Below, in pieces: positions 1-8,351 of a DNA stretch of 14,168 nt. The notes beneath the pieces were generated by a model that searched no databases, had not been told where the DNA came from, and was given only the letters and a program-made list of their open reading frames with translations. Position numbers and translations under genes: made by a program. Source of the stretch: Octopus sinensis (taxonomy: Eukaryota); the NCBI RefSeq assembly GCF_006345805.1, contig NW_021825862.1:1-14168 (forward strand), read 5' to 3'. Position 1 is the stretch's first letter. Every line of letters starts with the position of its first letter.

Positions 1-161
1 TGGTCGAAGTCCAGCCATATGGTTTGTCTGAAACGAACAGTGACTGCACAGATTATTGACTAGATAAAATAAAACTATATACAAATACAACAGCGAGATA
101 TCTACTCAGCAGAAACGTGTGTCGGAGAGATCTAAATTAAATATGCGCCATAGTCGAGTGT

Positions 162-421
162 GTGGAGGCGCGTAGTTTAGTGGTTAGGGTGTCAGTATCA
201 TGATCGTAAGATTATGGTTTCGATTCCTGGACCGGTCGACGCGTTGTGGTCTTGAGCAAAACGCTTTATTTCCCGTTGCTCCAGTCCACTCAGCTGACAA
301 AAGTGAGTAACGCTGTGATGGACTGGCGTCCCATCCAGCTGGGAAACACATACGCCATTGAAACCGGGAAACCGGGCCCCGTGAGCCTGGCTAGACTTTG
401 AAAGGGCGCATTTATTTTATT
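162..421 (+). mobile_element. tRNA-derived SINE, family A (CORE-like central domain)
   Basis: Pol III A-box TAGTTTAGTGG (173-183) and B-box GGTTTCGATTCC (216-227). These are followed by GTCTTGAGCAAAACGCTTT...CCAGTCCACTCAGCTGACAAAAGTGAGTAA, which resembles the CORE domain of MIR-type SINEs (from memory). Ends in a TTTATTTTATT tail. Confidence 0.75.
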
Positions 422-592
422 GTATAGCTGAGTGTAAAAATATAGAATATGCAAATGTAATCTCCTTATTCATTGTAATTTATAATCCGGTGAAGCGAAA
501 CCAGGATTTACCCATTGAATGAAATACTTCAGGGTTCCTTACCTTACGTCAAATAGTCATTGGTTCTCCTTACCACACGTTGTTGTTATATA

Positions 593-820
593 ATCTATCT
601 ATCTATCTATCTCTCTATCTCTCTATCTATCTATCTATCCATCTATCTATCTATCCATCTATCCATCTATCCATCCATCCATCCATCCATCCATCTATCC
701 ATCTGTATATCTATCCATCTATCTATCTATCCATCTGTATATCTATCCATCAGTATATCTATCTATCCATCTATCTATCTATCCATCTATCTATCTATCC
801 ATCTGTATATCTATCCATCC

Positions 821-860
<40 letters not shown>

Positions 861-861
861 G

Positions 862-895
<34 letters not shown>

Positions 896-976
896 AATCT
901 ATCTATCAGTCTATCTATTTATCTGTGTGTGTGCATGTGTGCATGTGTGTATGTGTGTGTGTGTGTGTGCGTGTGT
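593..976. repeat. Compound microsatellite (TATC/CATC)n then (TG)n
   Basis: Seen directly; explains ORFs 560..1012 and 580..1023. Confidence 0.97.
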
Positions 977-1147
977 CCTTATTTGAAACATTTAGAAAAA
1001 CACGTCAAATAATTATCACGTAGCACAGTGTGTTGGAAAGCAGGCGAAGTTTTATTCAACAATGAAAAGATTGCAACCTGTCTGCACGCAACATATCTGG
1101 ACGTTAAATAAGTTACAAAGATAATTTATGAACATAACATGCTCTCT

Positions 1148-1221
1148 ATATGTGTGTATATGTGTGTGTGTGTGTGTATGTGTGTGTGTGTATGTGTGTG
1201 TGTGTGTGTGTGTGTATGTGT
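1148..1221. repeat. (TG)n microsatellite abutting a SINE head
   Basis: Seen directly. Confidence 0.95.
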
Positions 1222-1375
1222 GGAGGCGCAATGGCCCAGTGATTAGGGCAGCGGACTCGCGGTCGGAGTTTCGATTCCCAGACCGGGCGTTATGTGTTTG
1301 AGCGAAAACACCTAAAAGCTCCACGAGGCTCCGGCAGGGGGTGGTGGAGACCCCTGTTGTACACTTTCGCCACAA
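1222..1375 (+). mobile_element. tRNA-derived SINE, family B, 3'-truncated copy with a head deletion
   Basis: GGAGGCGCAATGGCCCAGTGATTAGGGCAGCGGACTCGCGGTCG...TTTCGATTCCCAGACC, then GAGCGAAAACACCTAAAAGCTCCACGAGGCTCCGGCAGGGGGTGGTG, identical to the copy at 1447. Lacks most of the TAGGATCGC segment before the B-box. Confidence 0.8.
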
Positions 1376-1397
1376 GTAGTTGTACTCTTTCGTCTAG

Positions 1398-1440
<43 letters not shown>

Positions 1441-1446
1441 GTATGT

Positions 1447-1749
1447 GGAGGTGCAATGGCCTAGTGGTTAGGGCAGCGGACTCGCGGTCGTAGGATCGCG
1501 GTTTCGATTCCTAGACCGAGCGTTGTGAGTGTTTATTGAGCGAAAACACCTAAAAGCTCCACGAGGCTCCGGCAGGGGGTGGTGATCCCTGCTGTACTCT
1601 TTCACCACTCTTTCTCCCACTCTTTCTTCTGTTGGCCTGCTCGCTTAGCCAGCGGGGTGGCGTCGTTCGATGGCTAAAACAATGCGAACGCATTGTGACC
1701 AGCGATGTTTCAACATCTGATGGTCTGGTCGGTCACGTGATCACGATGA
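1447..1749 (+). mobile_element. tRNA-derived SINE, family B, apparently full length
   Basis: A-box TGGCCTAGTGG and B-box GGTTTCGATTCC (1500-1511). Body shared with 1222-1375. Ends GGTCACGTGATCACGATGA and runs into (AT)n. Confidence 0.85.
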
Positions 1750-2150
1750 TATATATATATATATATTATATATATATATATAAAATTAATATAGAGTACG
1801 AAATAGAGAAAAGAAAATCTTTCTCCAGTGTCCTAATATGTATACAAAGTAAATGGACATTTTTCATACAGAAATTAGTGTACATTTAAGTACAAAGACA
1901 CGAGCCTTCACAGGTTGCCTAACATACTAGAAAGAACAGTCAAAACGTCCAAAACACAGTTAAGAGCAATTTCGAAGGGAATGAAAAATAGAAACATTTG
2001 CCATGTTTTAATAGTCACCCGAGAGTAAATCAAAATTCCATAAATAACATCTAATTCTGCATCGACTCGAATGGGAAAATGTATCGCACAAGAAGGATCT
2101 CGGTTTGTACAATTTTAAGATGTTTTTATATGTAGATGCTTTTGTTAAAA

Positions 2151-2153
<3 letters not shown>

Positions 2154-2199
<46 letters not shown>

Positions 2200-2270
2200 A
2201 AGCTACTTACCACACAGCCACTCCTGCGCCTATATATATATAATATATATATATATATAATATATATATA

Positions 2271-2315
<45 letters not shown>

Positions 2316-2336
2316 ATATAATATATATATATATAT

Positions 2337-2376
<40 letters not shown>

Positions 2377-2381
2377 TATTA

Positions 2382-2428
<47 letters not shown>

Positions 2429-2451
2429 ATATATATATTATATATAGATAT
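2154..2451. repeat. Interrupted (AT)n tract containing an inverted SINE head
   Basis: Seen directly; 2196-2231 is the only non-AT insert. Confidence 0.95.
2196..2231 (-). mobile_element. 36-bp inverted copy of the first 36 nt of the SINE at 2453
   Basis: AAACAAGCTACTTACCACACAGCCACTCCTGCGCCT is the exact reverse complement of 2453-2488. Confidence 0.95.
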
Positions 2452-2452
2452 A

Positions 2453-2846
2453 AGGCGCAGGAGTGGCTGTGTGGTAAGTAGCTTGTTTACCAACCACATG
2501 GTTCCGGGTTCAGTCCCACTGCGTGGCATCTTGGGCAAGTGTCTTCTACTATAGCCTCGGGCCGACCATGCCTTGTGAGTGGATTTGGTAGACGGAAACT
2601 GAAAGAAGCCTGTCTTATATATGTATATATTTATATATATATGTGTGTGAATGTGTTTTGTGTGTCTGTGTTTGTCCCCCTAGCATTGCTTGATAACGAT
2701 GCTGGTGTGTTTATGTCCCCGTCACTTAGCGGTTCGGGAAAAGAGACCGATAGAATAAGTACTGGGCTCAAAGAATAAGGTCCCGGGTCGATTGCTCGAC
2801 TAAAGGCGGTGCTCCAGCATGGCCGCAGTCAAATGACTGAAACAAG

Positions 2847-2856
<10 letters not shown>
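2453..2856 (+). mobile_element. tRNA-derived SINE, family C, full length with internal (AT)/(GT) tract
   Basis: A-box-like TGGCTGTGTGG and B-box-like GGTTCAGTCCC. CORE-like start CTTGGGCAAGTGTCTT. Internal microsatellite at about 2617-2670. 3' half ends GCGGTGCTCCAGCATGGCCGCAGTCAAATGACTGAAACAAGTAAAA. A second copy lies at 6378-6748 on the minus strand. Confidence 0.9.
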
Positions 2857-2877
<21 letters not shown>

Positions 2878-2901
2878 TGTATGTATATGTATATATAATT
2901 C

Positions 2902-3941
2902 AAATGGGACAAGGACGCAAAACATCCAGACAGTTACGTAATACAAAAAAGGGACAGCAAAACATCCAGATAGACGATACAAAGAAAACAAGGACGGGTC
3001 ATTCGGAGTTTTCTTTCCCCAGTCGAGTTCCAGATTATCTTTGCAATTTCGGCTGTTTATACTCGAGATTGCTCCAATCTGCCCAGCCCCAAGGAAAAAC
3101 TAAGTTGGGAGAATTAGATTCCTTGGAAGAAAGCAACGAACGTATACGAAAACAAGGACGGAAAAAATCGGAGAATGTTCCACAAATACAAATCACAGGT
3201 CATAACGATAGGCGTCTTTCGACTAAGGACGAATTAAATTAAGCTGGCGTGTGTGGAAGTAAAGCCTTACGGCAGGGATACAAGAAATTCACAGGCACAG
3301 GGAGGAATATAGATGTTGCACGGATGACGGCTGAATCAAGAAAGAAAGACCAGGCTTGGCCGAACACCGGTTATGTGGGGAAAGAAGAGAGAGAAGTAGA
3401 GGCAGAGGGACAGAAGAATTAAGGAGGGGCGAGAAAAAATGACAGGGACACAGTGAAGTGAAGAGAGGGGGGAAAGTGAGCAAGAAGAGAAGGCAGAAAA
3501 ATGTGAGAGGGGGAACGAAAGAACGAAGAGTGGAATGAAAGAATAAGCGTGAAAGGGCTGATAGAAAGTCGTACGACTCTCTTCTTTCTTTCTATCAGCC
3601 CTTTTACGCTTATTCTTTCATTCCACTCTTCGTTCTTTCGTTCCCCCTCTCACATTTTCCTGCCTTCTCTTCTTGCTCACTTTCCCTCCTCTTTTCACTT
3701 TACTTAATTCTTCTGTCCCTCTGCCTCTACCTCTCTCTCTTCTCTCCCCATGTGACCGGTGTTCGGTAAAGCCTGATCTTTCCTTCTTGATTCAACTACC
3801 ATCCGTGTAACATCTATATTCCTCCCTGTGCCTGTGAACTTCTTGTATCCCTGCCGTAAGGCTTTACTTCCACACACGCCAGCTTAATTTAATTCGTCCT
3901 TAGTCGAAAGACACATGTTATGTCCTGTTGATATATAATTA

Positions 3942-3979
<38 letters not shown>

Positions 3980-4111
3980 TATATATGTATGTATTATGTA
4001 TGTATGTATGTATATAATACATAAAAAGAAATGGGACAAGAACGCAAAACATCCAGACAGTTAGATATAAAAAAGGGGCAAGAAAAAGCAAGGGCGGGTC
4101 ATTCGGAGCTT

Positions 4112-4112
<1 letters not shown>
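2902..4112. mobile_element. Unclassified non-coding repeat with long internal inverted repeat and partial terminal duplication (possibly Penelope-like terminal structure)
   Basis: 2902-3010 is repeated directly at 4029-4112; both start AAATGGGACAAG and end GGGTCATTCGGAG. 3195-3568 is inverted at 3588-3928. All blocks are bounded by (AT)n. The family assignment is inference. Confidence 0.6.
3195..3928. repeat. Long inverted repeat, arms about 3195-3568 and 3588-3928
   Basis: Manual alignment: 3214-3286 and 3840-3912 are a perfect 73-bp match. The middle 120 bp has 15 mismatches. There is one ~30-bp indel at about 3424-3455. The inner ~95 bp has 2 mismatches. The spacer includes the palindrome AGTCGTACGACT (3567-3578). 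Confidence 0.95.
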
Positions 4113-4196
<84 letters not shown>

Positions 4197-4250
4197 TATA
4201 TATATTATATCCGACAAAATATTATGGATTCAATATTTCCATATATTTAA

Positions 4251-4464
4251 GATGAGGTGGCAGAATCGTTAGCACCCCTGAGAAAATGCCTAGCGGCATT
4301 TCGTCCGTCTTTACGTTCTGAGTTCAAGTTCCGCTGGGGTCGACTATGCCTTTCATCCTTTTCAGCTTCTATAAAATAAGTTTCAGTTGTGCATTGTAGG
4401 CTATGATATCAATTTATTCCCTCCAACGAAATTGCTGGCCTTGTGCCAAAATTTAAAAGCAATA
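4251..4464 (+). mobile_element. tRNA-derived SINE, family D, diverged copy
   Basis: TGGCAGAATCGTTAGCAC head and B-box-like GAGTTCAAGTTCC (4320-4332). Then GGTCGACTATGCCTTTCATCCTTTTC...AAAATAAGT, homologous to the reverse complement of 7050-7268 but with a different 3' tail. Confidence 0.8.
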
Positions 4465-4469
4465 TTTCA

Positions 4470-4938
4470 TATGTGTGCGTGTGTGTGTGTGCGTGCGAGT
4501 GTTACTGTGTATGTGTGAGTGTTTGTGTGTGTATTTGAGAGTGCTTGTGTGTGTGTGTGTGTGTATGTGTGTGTGTTTGTGTGTGTATTTGAGAGTGCTT
4601 GTGTGTGTGTGTGCAAGTGTATGTGTGTGTGCGTGTGTATGTGTGTGTGTCTGAGAGTGCTTGTGTGTGGTGTGTGTGTGTGTGTTGTGCGAGGCGTGTG
4701 TGTTTTAGTGTTTGTGTGTGCGCGTGAGTGTTTGTGTGTGTGAGTTTGTGTATGTGTGTGAGTGTTTGTGTCTATGTGAGTATTTGTGTGTGTGTGTGAG
4801 TGTTTGTGTGTGCGCGAGTGTGTGTGAGTATTTGTGTGTGTGCGAGTGTGTGTGTGTGAGTGTTTGTGTGTGTGCGAGTGTGTGTGTGAGTGTTTGTGTG
4901 TATGTCAGTATTTGGGTGTGTGTGTGAGTGTTTGTATG
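4470..4938. repeat. Degenerate (TG)n tract with recurring GAGTGTTTGTGT subunits
   Basis: Seen directly; explains the V/C-rich and T/H-rich ORFs at 4519-5028. Confidence 0.95.
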
Positions 4939-5172
4939 GTAACTGAAAAACAGACATGCAACAGCCAAATATCTGAAAATTGTATCATCTTTATGTTTAC
5001 TACCAGGAGTCGTACAAGACTTTACTAAAAAAGGGATCCCCGCGGTGGGTAGAGTGCTTTTCCCCTCCGAGGTTCATACACCCGGGACAAAAAGCATTTG
5101 GGTCGGCATAAAGGCCGTACACAACATACAGGCATATACATACATACATACATAATACATCGATAGTTACTT

Positions 5173-5516
5173 ACATGCATTTACGCATGTGCAGCCTTGC
5201 AGGAATACACACACATGCATATATACATATACATACATGCACATATTCATACATTCATACATACCCTTATACAAATATACAAAATGCATAACACAGTTTC
5301 ATGCATATATATAATATATATATATATACACACATACATACAAACATATACGCAGAATTAGATACACACATTAAAATGACATGCATTTACGCATGTGCAA
5401 CATTGCAGGAATATACACACATGCATATATACATATACATACATGCACATATTCATACATTCATACATACCCGTTTACAAATATACATAAATGCATAACA
5501 CAGTTTCATGCATATA

Positions 5517-5557
<41 letters not shown>

Positions 5558-5727
5558 CATACAAACATATACGCAGAATTAGATACACATTAAAATGACA
5601 TGCATTTCGCATGTGCAGCCTTGCAGGAGTATACACACATGCATATATACATATACATACATGCACATATTCATACATTCATACATACCCGTTTACAAAT
5701 ATACATAATGCATAACACAGTTTCATG

Positions 5728-5759
<32 letters not shown>

Positions 5760-5830
5760 ACATATATATATATATATACATAATACAAACAGATAACGCA
5801 GAATAGATCACACCATTAGAATTAACATTC
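5173..5830. repeat. Three-copy tandem repeat, unit about 206-220 bp
   Basis: Units start at ACATGCATTT (5173, 5379, 5598). Each has CTTGCAGGA or ATTGCAGGA, ATGCATAACACAGTTTCATGC, a variable (TA)n and a GCAGAATTAGATACAC-like motif. Confidence 0.92.
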
Positions 5831-5844
5831 AGACATATATATAT

Positions 5845-5875
5845 CGCGTATACATCCACACAAATACACTATCAA

Positions 5876-5906
<31 letters not shown>

Positions 5907-5916
5907 TAGAGAGATG

Positions 5917-5966
<50 letters not shown>

Positions 5967-6072
5967 ATATGTATATGTATATATATATATATATACATAC
6001 ATACATACGTAAATACATACATACATACAAACATACATACACACATGCATACGTATGTACGTACGAACATAC
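5845..6072. repeat. Compound microsatellite (AT)/(AG)/(ATAG)/(ATAC)
   Basis: Seen directly. Confidence 0.93.
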
Positions 6073-6377
6073 ATAAACACTAACCTCTTTATGACGTCAA
6101 ATTTAACTGTTAAGCCAATGATGATACTCGTTAAAGATTTACTCCAGCTTGGTCTTAGCCTTTCAAGCTACAACAACCAAATGAACGAAAGAACAATATG
6201 TTTTCATCTTTATATACGCACACGCGCGCACACACCCGCGCGCGAACACGAACACACACATGTGTGTGTGTCTGTGTATCTATAGGTGTGTGTGTGTCCA
6301 TGTGTATCTATACCCATATCTATATATGTATGTATATGTGTGTAACATAAAATAAAATCAATTTTGCATTAAACCTA

Positions 6378-6748
6378 TTACTCTTTTACTTGTTTCAGTC
6401 ATTTGACCGCGGCCATGCTGGAGCACCGCCTTTAATCGAGCAACTCGACCCCGGGACTTATTCTTTTGTAAGCCCAGTACTTGTTCTATCGATCTCTTTT
6501 GCCGAACCGCTAGTTAACGGGGACATAAACACACCAGCATCGGTTGTCAAGCAAGGCTAGGGGGACAAACACAGACACACAAAAACACACACGCATATAT
6601 ATATATATACATATATACGACGGGCTTCTTTCAGCTTCCGTCTACCAAATCCACTCACTCGGCCCGAGGCTATACGAGAAGACACTTAGTGGGACTGAAC
6701 CCGGAACCATGTGGTTGGTAAACAAGCTACTTACCACACAGCCTCTCC
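6378..6748 (-). mobile_element. SINE family C copy with two internal deletions
   Basis: The reverse complement aligns with 2453-2856. It lacks about 12 nt (CAAGGCATGGTC equivalent) and about 18 nt around the start of the CORE-like block. The tail (minus strand) is AAGTAAAAGAGTAA. Confidence 0.9.
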
Positions 6749-6819
6749 GTATCGATTCTACTTTTGGTATAATGGTATTGGCAGTGACTTCGAAGTTTTC
6801 CCCTGCCTAACTTTTACCG

Positions 6820-6866
6820 GACACTCTGATGAAGGCTTGGGAGGCCGAAATTTCATAGCCATTGTT
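6820..6866 (+). ncRNA. Degenerate type I hammerhead-ribozyme-like motif
   Basis: CTGATGA (6826-6832), an extra A, stem II GGCTT/AGGCC with one G-U pair, then GAAA (6847-6850). Stem I (GACACT/ATTGTT) is imperfect and the cleavage triplet reads GCC rather than GUC. Confidence 0.3.
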
Positions 6867-6872
6867 ATCACC

Positions 6873-7047
6873 TATTTCTTTACTACCCACAAGGAGCTAA
6901 ACATAGAGGGGACAAGCAAGGACAGACAAACAGATTAAATCGACCCCAGTGCGTAAGTGGTACTTATTTAATCGATCCCGAAATGATGAAAGGCAAAGTC
7001 GACCTCGGCGGAGTTTGAACTCAGAACGTAGCAACAGACGAAATACC
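6873..7047 (-). mobile_element. SINE family D, head-truncated tandem copy
   Basis: Near-duplicate of 7048-7235 (6871 aligns with 7046, a 175-bp offset). Lacks the GTCGATTAC segment and the A-box end. Confidence 0.85.
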
Positions 7048-7268
7048 TATTTATTTAGTACCCACAAGGGTCTAAACATAGATGGGACAAACAAGGACAG
7101 ACAAACAGATTAAGTCGATTACATCGACCCCAGTGCGTAACTGGTACTTATTTAATCGATCCCGAAAGGATGCAAGGCAAAGTCGACCTCGGCGGAATTT
7201 GAACTCAGAACGTAGCGGCAGACGAATTGCCGCTCAGCATTTCGCCCAGCGTGCTAACGTTTCTGCCA
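7048..7268 (-). mobile_element. SINE family D, near-full-length copy
   Basis: The minus strand reads TGGCAGAAACGTTAGCACGCTGGGCG...GAGTTCAAATTCCGCCGAGGTCGACTTTGCC...AAATAAGTACCAG...TAAATAAAT, with A- and B-box-like motifs. Confidence 0.88.
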
Positions 7269-7779
7269 AAGGAATAATGCATATATCATAGATGCTTCCT
7301 CGTTCTGAGTATAGGATGACGGTGCTGGTACGCAAAGCGATGCAAGTTCATGATGCTTTTTAAAGCGAGGGGCGACCTTGCAGACAATTAATCTCATTAT
7401 CTGAACAACTTTGATCTATGCCCCACAAACAAGGACTAGCCAACATCCTCGGTCGTCATCGAGTCGCAGATTTTACAAGTTTTTATTCTCCTAGAGCAAT
7501 GCCCTAAGAAAAACTAGGTGTCACATACACCCGGGAATTTGATGCAGCATGCTTACAATCTCATTCATGGTTCTCTGCTGACGAAACCTGTAGTGCTTGC
7601 TCGTTGCTGAAAACGTGTCAATCCTCGTGGCAGCTGCTGTGTTTTCTGCACCAAAGTCCCCAGTTTGTTGATGACTAAGTCAGTCAGTCACCGGCTGACA
7701 CTCGCTGACGATACATCGAAGAGGCCAGGGAACAGACGAAAGAAGACATGCCCCCAACACCAGAGCTGAAGACATCTCC

Positions 7780-8024
7780 GAAAGGGAGGGTCCCGCCACG
7801 TCAAAATGGTAGAGGAGTAGGGGCCGAAACCGGACGTGGTTCCTCCTGATGATGTCTTGAGCTAACTGGATCCTATAAAGGAGCTGTTGTGGTAGCAGAC
7901 AACGAAACACAGTTATAATTCCTCGCTGTCCACGTGAAATACTAGGACCTAGCTTGTGTGCACAATATTGGATGGCCGTTGACTTTATTATGTTTATTCG
8001 TTCTTTGACAGATTTTGCTTTCAT
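7780..8024 (-). pseudogene. Possible Ty3/Gypsy integrase C-terminal remnant
   Basis: ORF 7680..8024 has AIQ...RGIIT...LYRIQLAQDIIRRNHVRFRP. This resembles the 'V.IQ...W...G.I....RSY.V......RRNR..LRP' tail of many Gypsy Pol proteins (from memory). No catalytic core or LTR pair is visible. Confidence 0.35.
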
Positions 8025-8239
8025 CCTGCAGTGGCCTCAGTCACCCACCTCATAAGCAAGGTTTGAAGGGTTGCTAGTTTAGTTGCCGACTAAACTGGTA
8101 ACATCTACTCCAGTTTGTCATGTGACAACCACCCGCAGTCTCATATATAGGTCAGTTCCCACCCCTAAAAAGTAAAAACAGAAATGACAAAAATTTACGA
8201 GACACCGAATCATCTTCAGTTGCCAAAAGTGTGTTTTCT

Positions 8240-8260
8240 GTGCATATATAGATATATATG

Positions 8261-8351
<91 letters not shown>

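Noticed and set aside
162-235. SINE heads as real tRNA genes (also at 1222, 1447, 2453, 4251)
   Set aside because: A and B boxes are present, but acceptor and anticodon stems do not close properly and each continues into a repeated SINE body.
546-1011. ACGTCAAATA direct repeat at 546 and 1002 as a TSD
   Set aside because: It lies 26-37 bp away from the repeat edges and no element is enclosed; chance is likely in AT-rich DNA.
2877-3242. 121-aa ORF in the composite element
   Set aside because: It starts inside a microsatellite, has no recognisable motif, and the duplicate of block A at 4029 has indels relative to it.
5173-5830. Regularly spaced repeats as a CRISPR-like array
   Set aside because: Whole units are duplicated, there are no unique spacers, and the context is eukaryotic.
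7846-7908. CTGATGA...GAAAC second hammerhead candidate
   Set aside because: Stem II does not abut GAAA, there is no stem I or III, and it overlaps the putative Gypsy frame on the other strand.
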